In this document: one piece after another, positions 36,553-48,210 of the stretch
How the letters are laid out: every line of letters begins with the position of its first letter
Numbering within the stretch: position 1 is the stretch's first letter
DNA from: Deltaproteobacteria bacterium
Lineage (GTDB): Bacteria; Myxococcota; B64-G9
Assembly (NCBI GenBank): GCA_016935365.1
Contig: JAFGRB010000013.1
Coordinates: 15,990-79,989 of the forward strand
Length of the DNA: 64,000 bases
Direction of reading: 5' to 3'
Translations under genes and position numbers: made by a program
Notes under the pieces: generated by a model
Databases searched by the model: none
What the model was told of the DNA's origin: nothing
The model's input: the letters and a program-made list of their open reading frames with translations, nothing else

Positions 36553-37358
36553 CCGCGAGTCGCCCTGTCCCGCTCGCGCACCAGCACGCCGAGGAAGGCG
36601 TTGACGGCCGCGATCACCTCGTCCACCTCGCGCTTGCAGTCCTCGAGACGGGCTGCGTCGATGCGCTCCATGTCGACGAGCTGCTCCAGGTGATCCTGGA
36701 TGGCGTATAGCGCACCCCGGCTCTCCAGGGCGCGGCTCACTCCCGAGCGGAAGGTGCCCTCGCCGAAGCCGGTGGCCAGAGAGGCGGTCACGGTCGTGGC
36801 GGCCTGCTTGATGCGTCCTGCCAGGTTGGCCTTCTCGTCCTCCAGCTCGGGGTCGCCCGCCAGCTTGTAGAGGTGGTTTCGAAGAACGCGGCCCAGCTTG
36901 TGGGCCGGGATGTCTCCAAAGCGCAGGTAGCCCGCCAGGCCCGTGCCCGAGCGCGCTGCTGCCCAGAGCCCGTCCTCGTCTCGCGGCGCGGGGGCAGGCT
37001 CTCGCCTCTCGTGGGTCTGGGCGCGATCGGGCTTGCCGTGCTCGCGCCGTTCGGACCGCGTCCTTGCGCCGGAGCCCCAGGTCCCGCCCGATCTGCGCTG
37101 TTCTGGCTTGCGGTCCTCTCGCCTCGAAGCCCGTTTCCCGGAGCCCGAGCGCCAGGCCTTGCCAGGACGGTCGCGTTCGGTCTCGCCGGGCTCGCGCAGC
37201 GACGGTCTCAGCCCGGGACCGGTGCGATGGCCCTCGGCCCCGCTCTCGATCCCCGGCTCGCGGCCCTGGCGCTCCCGGTCCTTGCCGCGCTCGCGCTTGA
37301 CGAACCTCGCGGGCTCGTGGGACGTCCGGGTCCGCTTGCCCTTGCCGCGACCGCTCAC
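36549..37358 (-). CDS. hypothetical protein: ~150-aa Arg/Glu/Lys/Gly-rich low-complexity N-terminal region plus ~120-aa helical C-terminal domain
   Basis: High GC3 throughout. The GTG start at 37358 overlaps the stop of the B12-binding subunit gene (GTGA). The stop overlaps the meaB start (ATGA). Same strand as the whole operon. No family recognised. Confidence 0.5.
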   Translation of the reverse strand: MSGRGKGKRTRTSHEPARFVKRERGKDRERQGREPGIESGAEGHRTGPGLRPSLREPGETERDRPGKAWRSGSGKRASRREDRKPEQRRSGGTWGSGARTRSERREHGKPDRAQTHERREPAPAPRDEDGLWAAARSGTGLAGYLRFGDIPAHKLGRVLRNHLYKLAGDPELEDEKANLAGRIKQAATTVTASLATGFGEGTFRSGVSRALESRGALYAIQDHLEQLVDMERIDAARLEDCKREVDEVIAAVNAFLGVLVRERDRATRG

Positions 37359-37759
37359 TTCGGTTTGACGTTTGCGCGGACCCACGCGATGATGTCCTCG
37401 GTCGATGTGCCCGGCGTGAAGAGTGCCTTGACACCTTTGTTCTTCAGATCGGCGATATCGTCGTCGGGGATGATGCCGCCCCCGAAGACCGCGATGTCCT
37501 GGGCGCCCTTGTCCTCGAGCCCCTTGACCACGGCCGGCATGAGCACGTTGTGCGCACCGCTCATGATGCTCAAGCCGACCGCATCCACGTCCTCCTGCAC
37601 GGCCGTGTTGACGATCATCTCGGGGGTCTGGTGCAGGCCGGTGTAGATCACCTCCATGCCCGCATCGCGAAGCGACCTCGCCACCACCTTGGCCCCGCGG
37701 TCGTGACCGTCGAGGCCGGGCTTGGCGACCAGGATCCGAAGCTTCCGCTCTTCTGCCAT
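37355..37759 (-). CDS. methylmalonyl-CoA mutase B12-binding (small) subunit
   Basis: [42 protein letters not shown] is the cobalamin-binding DxHxxG motif. 134 aa. Confidence 0.85.
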   Translation of the reverse strand: MAEERKLRILVAKPGLDGHDRGAKVVARSLRDAGMEVIYTGLHQTPEMIVNTAVQEDVDAVGLSIMSGAHNVLMPAVVKGLEDKGAQDIAVFGGGIIPDDDIADLKNKGVKALFTPGTSTEDIIAWVRANVKPK

Positions 37760-37797
37760 CTCCACTCCTCCGCCTGCTTCTCCGGCCCGGCTCGGGC

Positions 37798-39483
<1,686 letters not shown>

Positions 39484-39531
39484 GTGCTCCCAGGTATCTG
39501 AGCATCCGCGCACGCCCGCGCGGAGCGAGGC

Positions 39532-40074
39532 TTATCTCTCGATTCCCACTCGAGCCTCGACGCCTTTGTCGAAGTAGTGCTTGATCAGCTTCATCTCGGT
39601 GACCATGTCAGCCGCCTCGATGATCTTCTCGTGGGCGCTACGGCCGGTCAGGATGAGCTCCACGTGTGCGGGTTTGACCCGGAAGAGCTCCAGCACGTCC
39701 TCGACCGTCACCAGCTTGTAATCCACCGCCACGTTGAGCTCGTCCAGGATGACCAGGTCGTGCGCTCCGTCGCGGATGATCTTCCGCGCCAGCTTCATCC
39801 CGTCCTGCGCCCACTGGATGTCGATCGCCTCGGGGTTCTCCCGCGAGACGAATGTCTCGCGCCCCATCTCCCGGATCTCCATGAAGGGGGCCAGGCGGCG
39901 CGCCGTCTCCAGCTCGCCGTACTCGATGTTGCCCTTCATGAACATGATCATCAGCGTCTTGAGGTTGTGCCCGACGGCTCGGAAAGCCTGGCCCAGCGCG
40001 GCAGTGGTCTTGCCCTTGCCGTCGCCGGTGTAGACGTGGATGAAGCCGTGTTCCAGACGTTTGCGCCTGCCCAT
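39532..40074 (-). CDS. cobO: cob(I)yrinic acid a,c-diamide / cob(I)alamin adenosyltransferase (CobO/BtuR type)
   Basis: GFIHVYTGDGKGKTTAALGQAFRAVGH P-loop; 180 aa. Confidence 0.85.
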   Translation of the reverse strand: MGRRKRLEHGFIHVYTGDGKGKTTAALGQAFRAVGHNLKTLMIMFMKGNIEYGELETARRLAPFMEIREMGRETFVSRENPEAIDIQWAQDGMKLARKIIRDGAHDLVILDELNVAVDYKLVTVEDVLELFRVKPAHVELILTGRSAHEKIIEAADMVTEMKLIKHYFDKGVEARVGIER

Positions 40075-40078
40075 TCTC

Positions 40079-41218
40079 TCAGTCCTGCAGCAGTTGTCGC
40101 GCGATCACCAGCCTCTGTATCTCGCTCGTGCCCTCGTAGATGGTCGTCACTCGGCTGTCGCGCAGATAGCGTTCCACCGGATAGTCCTCAACATAACCAT
40201 ATCCACCGTGAATTTGGAAGGCCCGTGCGCAGATCCTGTTGGCCGCCTCGGTGGAGAAGACCTTGGCCATGGAGGCCTGGCGGGTAAAAGGTCTGCCGGT
40301 CTCCTTCAAATGGGCCGCCTGCAGGGTGAGCAAGCGGGCGGCCTCCAGCTCGGTGGCGCTGTCGGCCAGCATCCACTGGATGGCCTGGTGATCGGCCAGG
40401 CGCTTGCCGAAGGTCTTGCGCTCCTTGGCGTACTCGACAGCTGCCTCCAGGGCGGCCTGGGCGATGCCGATCGCCTGGGAGGAGACGCCGATCCGCCCTC
40501 CGTCCAGGGCCTCCATGGCGATGGGAAAGCCGCGGCCCTCCTCACCCAGCAGGGCGTCTTCCGGCAGCTCGGCATCCTCGAAGACGAGCGAGACCGTGTT
40601 GGACGCCCGCAGGCCCATCTTGCGCTCCTCGGCGCCCACGCTCAAGCCGGCTGTGTCCGGAGTGGCCAGGAACGCCGAGATCCCCCGCGAGCCGCTGCCG
40701 CCCGTGCGGGCCCAGACCACCGTCACGCCGGAGTAGGCCCCCGAGGTGATGAACTGCTTGGTGCCGTTGAGCACCCAGCCGCCGTTCTTGCGCCGGGCGC
40801 TGGTCTTGAGCGCGGCCGCGTCCGAGCCGCAGCCCGGCTCCGAGAGCGCGAAGGCGCCGGCCGTGTACTCGCCGGAGCAGATCCTGGGCACGTGCTGGTC
40901 GATCTGGTCCTCACGCCCGAACTTGCACAGGATCTCGGCCACCATGTTCGTGACCGACATGGTCACGGCGGTCGAGCCGCAGCAGCGGGCGATCTCCATC
41001 ATGGCGAGCGCATAGGCCACCACGCCGGCCTCCACGCCGCCCCGGCTCTCCGGTACGTTGATGCCCATCAGACCGAGCCCGGCCATCTTGGCGAGCAGCT
41101 CCTTCGGAAAGACACCCTCGCGCTCGCGCTCCGCGGCCCCGGGCAGCAGCTCCTTGATGGCGAAGTCCCGCGCTGTCTGGCGGATGAGCTGCTGGGTCTC
41201 GCTCAGCTCGAATTCCAT
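40079..41218 (-). CDS. acyl-CoA dehydrogenase (short/branched-chain type)
   Basis: 379-aa ACAD with GLMGINVPESRGG...AFALSEPGCGSDAAALKTSA...YEGTSEIQRLVIARQLL. Confidence 0.85.
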   Translation of the reverse strand: MEFELSETQQLIRQTARDFAIKELLPGAAEREREGVFPKELLAKMAGLGLMGINVPESRGGVEAGVVAYALAMMEIARCCGSTAVTMSVTNMVAEILCKFGREDQIDQHVPRICSGEYTAGAFALSEPGCGSDAAALKTSARRKNGGWVLNGTKQFITSGAYSGVTVVWARTGGSGSRGISAFLATPDTAGLSVGAEERKMGLRASNTVSLVFEDAELPEDALLGEEGRGFPIAMEALDGGRIGVSSQAIGIAQAALEAAVEYAKERKTFGKRLADHQAIQWMLADSATELEAARLLTLQAAHLKETGRPFTRQASMAKVFSTEAANRICARAFQIHGGYGYVEDYPVERYLRDSRVTTIYEGTSEIQRLVIARQLLQD

Positions 41219-41391
41219 GCTCTCCCTCCGGTTGACGCAAGGGTCAAGCGCCTCTCGGACCTAGCAGAATCCTACTGCGATGTCAACGGCTTCGGGCTGA
41301 GCTGCGCGCCGATCCAGCCGGGCGGATTGACGCCTCGCGCCCGCGACCTTATGCTGGATATGCTTGTGAGTGTCTAGATGGAGGTCCGGGA

Positions 41392-41787
41392 GTGGCATTC
41401 GCGATCTGGATAGGCGTCGGCGCGCTCATCGCCGCGGTGATCGTGTGGCGTCTCTTCGTCCCCTCGCTCGATCGGATCATCGACGCGGCCATCCGGGAGG
41501 GCGACCTGGCGCCGATCCTGTCCGCGATCGCCAGGAAATCCGAGTCCGCCCAGCCGGCCGCGTACAACCATGCCATCCGCCGGCTGTGGGACGGCTTCCA
41601 GCGCAAGGAGGCCGCCGAGCTGCTCAGGCACATGGTTCGTGATTTCGGCACCGCCCCGATCGCCCAGTACTGGCTCAAGCAGGTGATGACCGTCGAGCCC
41701 TCCATCGCGCGGAACCAGCTCGGCAAGAAGTTCTACGAGACCTACTACCTGCCCGATCTGGCCGCCCAGTGCGGCCCGGTCGGGTGA
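41392..41787 (+). CDS. small membrane-anchored hypothetical protein
   Basis: GTG start with GGAGG 7 nt upstream. N-terminal TM segment AFAIWIGVGALIAAVIVW. 131 aa. Confidence 0.45.
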   Translation: MAFAIWIGVGALIAAVIVWRLFVPSLDRIIDAAIREGDLAPILSAIARKSESAQPAAYNHAIRRLWDGFQRKEAAELLRHMVRDFGTAPIAQYWLKQVMTVEPSIARNQLGKKFYETYYLPDLAAQCGPVG

Positions 41788-41815
41788 GCGCGCTAGCGCC
41801 CGCCGGTCGGCGGGC

Positions 41816-42922
41816 CTACTTCGCGCAGCAGTCCTCTTCGCGGGTCGTGCAATCGAGCGCCAGATCCTCGAGATGCCGCTCGGGAACGCGGATTTCGTTC
41901 TGCTCGAGGTAGTAGATCATCAGGTACTCCTCGGCTGTCTTCTTGGGACCGGGCATGCCCGAGATGGTGCGCTGGTAGGAGTTGATCTGACGCTCGCGGA
42001 AGGTGAAGAACATGTCCTTGGCGCTGGACGTGGTCTGGTGCAGCCTCGAGAGCGGCACGTTGAATATCTGGGCCACGTCGGCCGGTCCGAGCACCTCCTT
42101 CTGGTGCCGCTGCATGTAGCGCCGCATCGTCTCGAGCTCTTCGAAGGTGGCGTTGAAGACCAGCTCCATCAAGGCCTGCTGCTCGTCGTCCGAGATGTGC
42201 TCGCGGGTGAAGTAGTCGATGACCGCCGGGTCGCAGCCCTCGCGCATCAGAGAAAGGATCTCGGTCGTGCCCGACAGCGTGCCGTAGGTGATCCGAACCT
42301 TGGCCTTGGCCTCCCAGATGGACTCGAGCAGGGGAAAGAAGTCCTTGACCGAACGAGAGGTGCGGTGCTCCCAGAGATCGGCCAGCAGGTAGACCGCCTT
42401 GCGGCGCAGGTCCAGATGGGCGCTGTGATCCGAGGCGATCGAGACCAGGATGTCCTCGGCCAGCAGGGTCAGGACATTCTCCCGGACGAAGTGCATCAGC
42501 TCGTCCTCGAGCGCCGCGCGCTCGTCGCTCTCGGCCATGTGGTGGATCACCACGCGGCACAGCAGCCGGAAGAAGTTGTACCTGGCGACCAGATAGGCAC
42601 GGCCCACCACCGCCCGCGTGGGCATGTAGGCCTCGATGGTATAAGGATTCGATTTACAGATCGCATCCGTCAGGGTGTAGACGTCCCGCAGCTCGCCGGC
42701 CACGGAGTGCGGCTCGATGATGGACGGGTAAGCGACCACGACCTGGCGCAGCCGCACGAGCTGCTCGATGACCTCCTTGAGGTGCTCCGCGCTCGCAGCC
42801 GCCTCGTCGCCGAGATCCGTGAGCGCGACGAGCACCCTGTTCGCCAGAAGGATCTCCTCGGGATCCAGCACCTGTCGCTCGGGCATGACGACCTCCACGC
42901 ACCCCCTGAGCGAATCAAGCAA
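41816..42922 (-). CDS. hypothetical cytoplasmic helical protein (368 aa), last gene of a long minus-strand operon
   Basis: Clean 368-aa frame with ordinary amino-acid composition, somewhat lower GC (~60%) than the flanks. No recognised domain. Confidence 0.6.
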   Translation of the reverse strand: MLDSLRGCVEVVMPERQVLDPEEILLANRVLVALTDLGDEAAASAEHLKEVIEQLVRLRQVVVAYPSIIEPHSVAGELRDVYTLTDAICKSNPYTIEAYMPTRAVVGRAYLVARYNFFRLLCRVVIHHMAESDERAALEDELMHFVRENVLTLLAEDILVSIASDHSAHLDLRRKAVYLLADLWEHRTSRSVKDFFPLLESIWEAKAKVRITYGTLSGTTEILSLMREGCDPAVIDYFTREHISDDEQQALMELVFNATFEELETMRRYMQRHQKEVLGPADVAQIFNVPLSRLHQTTSSAKDMFFTFRERQINSYQRTISGMPGPKKTAEEYLMIYYLEQNEIRVPERHLEDLALDCTTREEDCCAK

Positions 42923-42952
42923 GACTAACCAATCTCGCCCGCGCGGGCAAGC

Positions 42953-44425
42953 TCAGTCGCGAGGAGGGGGCAGCCACAGGCCCCCTGCCCGCTCCTCGAC
43001 CAGGGCGCGCCAGCCCGCCCCTTCCAGCACCTCGATCAGGGCGCTGCCGTAGAGCTCCCGGCTCCACAGCAAGTAGTCGGGCGCGTAGCGCTCGAAGGCC
43101 TCTCGCCAGCCCGGCAGCAGCAGGGCCATCCTGCGGTAGTCCGCGTGCACCTCGGGCGGAAAGGGCTCGGCCCGCCCGTCGATGTAGACCTTGTAGTCGG
43201 GACCGGCCAGGGCCGAGATCGCGCCCCCGAAGCGGTAGGTGTTGAGCACCTTGCCGGGCGGCAGCTCGGAGAGCACGCGAAGGGCGCGGACCGGAAAGAA
43301 GCGCCGGTCCATCCGCGACTCGAGGCTCGCCGGCTCCGCCCCGGCCAGGCATGCCAGGACGGCGATGGCGGCCAGGACCCAGATCCCCCCGCCGGCCCGC
43401 AGCCAGGCTGGCCTCAGCCAGGCGTCCAGCCGCCTCCAGGCGTGCCCCAGGTGAGCCGGCCAGCCGAGCGCCGGTCCGCTCTGCAGGTGCTCCAGAGCCG
43501 CGACGGCCAGCAAGACCGCGGCCATCGGGCTGAAGCGCTCGATCCGCGTGGCCACCAGGGTCAAGCCCAATGCGGGCAGCAGCAAGGCAAAGCAGCGCCG
43601 CCTCGCCCGGGCGGCGGCCCAGAGAGCCAGGCCCGCCAGCGCGGCCAGGCTCGCACCGCAGGTGTTGCCCAGGCTCAGCGGGTGCCACTCGGCCACCTCG
43701 TAGTCGGCGAAGCCGGTCAGGAAACGAAGCGGGTACAGGGGCATGCGCCACGTGTCGGGGCTCAGGGCCGAGGCCAGCAGCGCGAGCGCACACACGAGCA
43801 CTGCCTCGCCGAAGCGCCGCAGCCGAACCGGGCCCTCGACCACGCCATCGGCGGCCTGCCCGAGCGCGAGCGCGCCCAGCAGGGCCGGTCCCGCCACCCA
43901 GCTGCCGTGGAGGTTGGCCCACACGGCGACCAGGGGGATGAAAAGCCAGGCCGCGATCCGCCCTCCTCTGCGGTATCGCTGGACGAGCAGCACCGCCAGC
44001 ACGAAGGCCAGGTGCCCGAGGTGGTAGGCCCGCTCCGCATTCCAGGCATAGTCCTGCGCCCCGAATACCAGCAGCAGGCAGACGAGGCCCAGGAGGTAGC
44101 GCTCGCCCTGGGCCTCGCGGAGCAGCGCGCCGACCAGCAGCACCTCGATGGCCAGGACGAGTGCCGCCAGCAGCGACGGCCCCCAGCCGCCGAAGAGCTC
44201 TGCGCTCCAGGCGCTCAGCACGCAGTAGGCCCACTCGTGGTGCGACCAGAGCTCGGTGGCGGTCAGACTGAAGGGATCGCGGCTCGGAAAGCCGTGCGCG
44301 ATGATCCAGCGCCCGGTGGCAATCGAGAAGAAGAGATCGTAGCTCTCCAGCAGCGAGGCGGCCGCAGGCAGGGCGATGGCCATGGCGAGCAGGGCCGCAG
44401 GTCCGGGTAGCAACAGCCTCTTCAA
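42953..44425 (-). CDS. polytopic inner-membrane protein, GT-C-fold glycosyltransferase-like
   Basis: At least 10 predicted TM helices. First-loop motif SRDPFSLTATELWSHHEW. Resembles PMT_2/DUF2029-type membrane transferases. Confidence 0.6.
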   Translation of the reverse strand: MKRLLLPGPAALLAMAIALPAAASLLESYDLFFSIATGRWIIAHGFPSRDPFSLTATELWSHHEWAYCVLSAWSAELFGGWGPSLLAALVLAIEVLLVGALLREAQGERYLLGLVCLLLVFGAQDYAWNAERAYHLGHLAFVLAVLLVQRYRRGGRIAAWLFIPLVAVWANLHGSWVAGPALLGALALGQAADGVVEGPVRLRRFGEAVLVCALALLASALSPDTWRMPLYPLRFLTGFADYEVAEWHPLSLGNTCGASLAALAGLALWAAARARRRCFALLLPALGLTLVATRIERFSPMAAVLLAVAALEHLQSGPALGWPAHLGHAWRRLDAWLRPAWLRAGGGIWVLAAIAVLACLAGAEPASLESRMDRRFFPVRALRVLSELPPGKVLNTYRFGGAISALAGPDYKVYIDGRAEPFPPEVHADYRRMALLLPGWREAFERYAPDYLLWSRELYGSALIEVLEGAGWRALVEERAGGLWLPPPRD

Positions 44426-44449
44426 GGGGCGCGACCTCCGGGCGCGGCC

Positions 44450-44860
44450 TCAGGGTATGGCGTAGCGGATCTCGCTTCCGCCGACCACGACCAGCTCGCG
44501 CTTGACCACGACCGGCACCGTGCTGGTCGAGCGAAAGAGCTTCAGCTGCAGATCGTAGCGGCCTCGCACGAGCTCCAGCTTGTGCCGCAGAGGTGCTCGG
44601 GGCGGGTGCTCGTCGTCGAAATGGAAGACGGTCACCGACGCGCACCGGCCGTCCTCGTCCAGCACGCTCATCTCCACCCGCACGAGCTCTCGCGACCATT
44701 CGGCGGACAGGTCGAGCCGGAGATCGATCTCGTGCCTGAGCGCCGTCACCAGGTGTACGGCCGCCAGGCCGATCGCCGAACCCAGCAAGGCCAGCGGGAT
44801 CAGCCGACGAAGCGCAAAAGCCAACCGGGTCTGCCGGCCGTCTGCGCTCAAAACAGCCAC
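44450..44860 (-). CDS. small membrane-anchored hypothetical protein; start ambiguous (GTG 44860, GTG 44866 or TTG 44851, all overlapping the upstream stop)
   Basis: TM segment LIPLALLGSAIGLAAVHLV followed by a ~90-aa soluble part. High GC3. Confidence 0.35.
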   Translation of the reverse strand: MAVLSADGRQTRLAFALRRLIPLALLGSAIGLAAVHLVTALRHEIDLRLDLSAEWSRELVRVEMSVLDEDGRCASVTVFHFDDEHPPRAPLRHKLELVRGRYDLQLKLFRSTSTVPVVVKRELVVVGGSEIRYAIP

Positions 44861-47028
44861 TCGCACAGGCTCCCCTGGCCACCGCCCTGCCCGATACAGC
44901 TCATGCCCAGCACCGGGCAGTCCTCGTCCGTCAGGCAAGCCTGGCTGCAGTAATCGATCCCGGAGATGGGCTCGACGAGACAGATGCCGCTCGTGCAGTT
45001 GACGTCGCCATCCGGGCACGCCTCTCCGAGGCCGCGACCGCTCGGCACGCAGCCCGCGGTCCACAGCGCGCCGTCCGCGAAGCGGGCCTCGAGCGCGACA
45101 CAGGCGAGCCCCTCGGGGCAGTCCGCATCGCTGGCACAAGCCGTCGAGCAGCGATCGCGGGGCGTGCAGAAGGCGTTGGCGCAGTCCGCAGCCGAGCCGC
45201 AGGCTTCGCCAGGGCCAGCGCCTTCGCGCGAGGTGCGACACCTGGCCCGGACGCCGCCATCCCAGGGTCCGGGCTCGGGCATGCAGAGCTCGCCCGCCGG
45301 GCAATCGGCGTCCCGCCGGCAGACGTCGAGGCTTCCGGGCTCATCCACGCACAGCCTGGCGTGGACGGGTCCGCCACCCGCGGTCCAGAGCATGTCCAGG
45401 TCGCAGACCAGCGGTGCCGGACAGTCCTGCGAGTCGAGGCATGCAGACGCGCAGCGGCCCCTCAGCGTGCAGATGCCGTGCTGGCAATCGCCGGTGGCGC
45501 TGCAGGGCTCGCCCGGCGCTGCAGATCCCGTCGCCGTGATCGCGCATTGCAGCAAGCGGGCCCCTGGCTCCGCAGCCGCGCAGACCTCACCCTGTCCGCA
45601 GTCGGCGTCCCGATCGCACTCGCCGCCCGGCATCGCCGGCTGGCATGCCCACTCTCCGTCCGGGGTCTCCAGACAGGCGTAACGGTCCGGGCAATCCGCG
45701 GACTCCGGCCGGCAGGTTTGCGCGCAGAACGCATGCGGCCAGGTCTGGGCGGGCTCGAGACAGAAGCCCTGCCGGCAACCGTCCGGTGTGCAGGGCTCGC
45801 CGAGCTCCAGTCCCATCAGCTGGATCGGTCTGCAGGCCAGCAAGTCCGCCTCCGGCCCCCCGGGCAGCGGCAATCCGAAGCGCGTGCAGCCGAACAGCGA
45901 CGGACAGTCGCTGTCCGAGGCGCAGACCGGGGTGCAGAACCCGTCAAGGCTGCAGATCCCGGTGCGACACCGGTCCTGCGGGCTGCACGGCTGCCCATCG
46001 TCCAGCGCGCAGGGCCAGGGATCGATGCATCGCGCCCGCCAGCTCGTACCGTCCTGCGACGGCAGAACGCTGCACAGCCTGTCCGGCTCGCAGTCCAGGC
46101 TGCGCAGGCAGTCCTCGCCCGGCTGCACGGGTGAGAACGTGCGGCAGGCCCAGAGGCAGCTCTCGTCCGGCTGGCAGACGGTCTCATCCGGGCAGTCCTC
46201 GTCCGAGACGCAGGTCAGAGAGCAGAGCGAGTGTCTCTCGACCTCGTCGTAGATGCAGATCCCGCTCGCGCACATCGGGCTTCCGCCCCGTCCGCACTCC
46301 TCCCCGAAGCCCAGATCGACGGGCAGACAGGTCCTCTGATTGGCGGACGCGTTGTACAGACAGCGGGTTCGCAAGGGACAGTCCGTGTCGTTGAAGCAGG
46401 GGTCCTCCCCACAGCCCTCGATCGGCACGCAAGCTCCCCGATCGCACTCCATGCAGCCCGGGCAGTCGAGGTCCGAGGTGCAGCGGACGCAGCTCGGGAG
46501 CCGCACGCAGACCCCGCTCTGACTGCAGATCTGGCAGGTCGGGCACTGGCTGTCGTCGGTGCAGGCCACGCAGCCGGCCACGTCGATGCACTCCTGGTCG
46601 CTGCAACGCTGGCAGGTCTGGCAGTCCTCGTCGCTCGCGCAGATCACGCAAGCCGTCTGTGCACGGCACTCGCCGTCCGTGCAGCGCTCGCAAGGCTCGC
46701 AGTCCGCGTCGCTCACGCAGGGTGGCGGCCTCTGCCCGGGGTAGCAGCGCATGTCGCGCTCGGCGTCGCAGAAGTACGACACCGGGCAGTCCTCGTGGGT
46801 CTCGCAGTCGATGGTGCAGAAGCGGGTCCCGTCTTCATCTTCGACGCAGATGCCGGAGATACAGCCCTCCTCGCAGTCCGTGCCCACGGCGCGGATGCAC
46901 TCGCCGTCCACTTCCAGAAAGCCCGGATCGCAATTGCCTCGCTGGTAGTGCTCCTCGCACGCCGGACAGGCCGCGATGGCCAAGACGGTGGCCAGTTCTG
47001 CCAGCCGCGCCCTCATCGGCTTCCCCAC
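44848..47028 (-). CDS. large cysteine-rich repeat lipoprotein (myxobacterial Cys-rich repeat type; CxxC and DCP motifs)
   Basis: Lipobox LAIAACPAC. 726 aa with about 90 Cys in repeated C-x2-C-x-C / (S/T)DxDCP modules. Confidence 0.75.
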   Translation of the reverse strand: MGKPMRARLAELATVLAIAACPACEEHYQRGNCDPGFLEVDGECIRAVGTDCEEGCISGICVEDEDGTRFCTIDCETHEDCPVSYFCDAERDMRCYPGQRPPPCVSDADCEPCERCTDGECRAQTACVICASDEDCQTCQRCSDQECIDVAGCVACTDDSQCPTCQICSQSGVCVRLPSCVRCTSDLDCPGCMECDRGACVPIEGCGEDPCFNDTDCPLRTRCLYNASANQRTCLPVDLGFGEECGRGGSPMCASGICIYDEVERHSLCSLTCVSDEDCPDETVCQPDESCLWACRTFSPVQPGEDCLRSLDCEPDRLCSVLPSQDGTSWRARCIDPWPCALDDGQPCSPQDRCRTGICSLDGFCTPVCASDSDCPSLFGCTRFGLPLPGGPEADLLACRPIQLMGLELGEPCTPDGCRQGFCLEPAQTWPHAFCAQTCRPESADCPDRYACLETPDGEWACQPAMPGGECDRDADCGQGEVCAAAEPGARLLQCAITATGSAAPGEPCSATGDCQHGICTLRGRCASACLDSQDCPAPLVCDLDMLWTAGGGPVHARLCVDEPGSLDVCRRDADCPAGELCMPEPGPWDGGVRARCRTSREGAGPGEACGSAADCANAFCTPRDRCSTACASDADCPEGLACVALEARFADGALWTAGCVPSGRGLGEACPDGDVNCTSGICLVEPISGIDYCSQACLTDEDCPVLGMSCIGQGGGQGSLCEWLF

Positions 47029-47032
47029 GGGA

Positions 47033-47455
47033 TCAGGGACCGTCCCCGGTGTCTTCGTTGGCAGGCTTGTCGCGCTTGACCTTGATGCTGGCCTTGGCCC
47101 GCGGTTCGATCGAGTCGGCCTCGTCCACGAAGCGGACCTTGGTGCTGATCTCCAGCGAGATCTGGGTCAGCAGCTTTCGGAGCTCGTCCGCCAGCTGGGT
47201 GGACTCCAAGAAGGAGCGGATCTCCTGGGAGACCACCTTGAAGAGCTCCTGCTTGGTCTTGGCGACCTGGCTCAGCGCGAACTGGATCGCTTCCTTGGGC
47301 AGCTTCAGATCGCTGAGCATGGAGCGAATGCCTTCCTCGGTCATGAACACCGCGCCCACACCCGCCAGCAGCGTCCGCTTGAGGAAGTCGGAAATGGCCC
47401 ACTCGGATCTCTTGCCCTCGTTGAGCTCGGGCGGTCTCTCGTCGTTCTCCGTCAC
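47033..47455 (-). CDS. hypothetical helical protein (140 aa)
   Basis: Lower-GC ORF ending 4 nt upstream of the Cys-rich lipoprotein gene start. Amphipathic helical sequence. Confidence 0.5.
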   Translation of the reverse strand: MTENDERPPELNEGKRSEWAISDFLKRTLLAGVGAVFMTEEGIRSMLSDLKLPKEAIQFALSQVAKTKQELFKVVSQEIRSFLESTQLADELRKLLTQISLEISTKVRFVDEADSIEPRAKASIKVKRDKPANEDTGDGP

Positions 47456-47466
47456 CTCGTCCTCCC

Positions 47467-48210
47467 TCAGAAGTCCACGACGTACCAGCGATCACCCTTC
47501 TTTTCAAGCACCAGCTTCAAGCCCGGTCGGCAGGCGCAAACCGCCTTGCTCTCGGATACCCGCAGCAGGCGGTCGCGCGCTGCGCGCAGGGCCTTGGCCG
47601 CCTCGCCGAGCTCGTCGAGACGGCGCTCGCAGCCCGCCTCCAGGCTCTCCAGAGAGTGCCGGGCCTGGACATCCGGTGGGCTCAGGCGGACCAGGCCAGC
47701 GCAGTGCCGGGCCTCGATCGCGTGCAGGAAGCGGTCCAGGGCTTCCTCGGGGCTGCGGGCCTGCCCCGGGAGCAATGTCCCGGAGCGGATACGCCAGCCC
47801 TGATCGGTCTTGACGAGCAGCAGCTCTCCGCTGGGGCCTCGTATGCGAGCCTCCAGCTGCACCTCGATCGGTCCGCCCGAGCCGCCGAGCTCTCGAAGGC
47901 TCGTGGAAAGCGGCGCACCGCCCCGGGCCACGAAATCCGCCAGGCTCTCCGGCGCGATCGGACCAGCGGCGGGATCGACGCTGACCAGCGCGCCCTCGTA
48001 ATCGCCGGCCTCGATCCTGGCCACATACGCCTGCACCGCCTCGCGCGGCCCGGGCTCGGGCCTGGGGGGGGCGGGACAGCATGCCGCAGCGCCGAGGCAC
48101 GCGGCGGCAGCCGCCAGCACGAGCCGCGCGAGCAGGGCTTCGCTGCATTCCCTGCCCGGATTAGGCCTGCTCGTCAGCTTCCTTCTCCGGCGAGATCGGC
48201 GTGTCCGCAA
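47467..48210 (-). CDS. hypothetical lipoprotein
   Basis: Signal region LLARLVLAAAAACLGAAAC. The start is probably internal to the listed ORF, which overlaps the kinase 3' end. Confidence 0.45.
   Translation of the reverse strand: MRTRRSRRRRKLTSRPNPGRECSEALLARLVLAAAAACLGAAACCPAPPRPEPGPREAVQAYVARIEAGDYEGALVSVDPAAGPIAPESLADFVARGGAPLSTSLRELGGSGGPIEVQLEARIRGPSGELLLVKTDQGWRIRSGTLLPGQARSPEEALDRFLHAIEARHCAGLVRLSPPDVQARHSLESLEAGCERRLDELGEAAKALRAARDRLLRVSESKAVCACRPGLKLVLEKKGDRWYVVDF

Noticed and set aside
35530-37434. N-terminal two thirds of the 634-aa ORF containing meaB, and the 445-aa ORF 36549-37886
   Set aside because: The MeaB homology begins at the internal ATG 36552. The region upstream of that is better explained by the separate coupled gene 36549-37358 and the B12-subunit gene.
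42915-44882. 655-aa minus-strand ORF overlapping the GT-C-like membrane protein gene in another frame
   Set aside because: It has low-complexity R/G/A/P composition. The alternative frame 42953-44425 encodes a coherent polytopic membrane protein.
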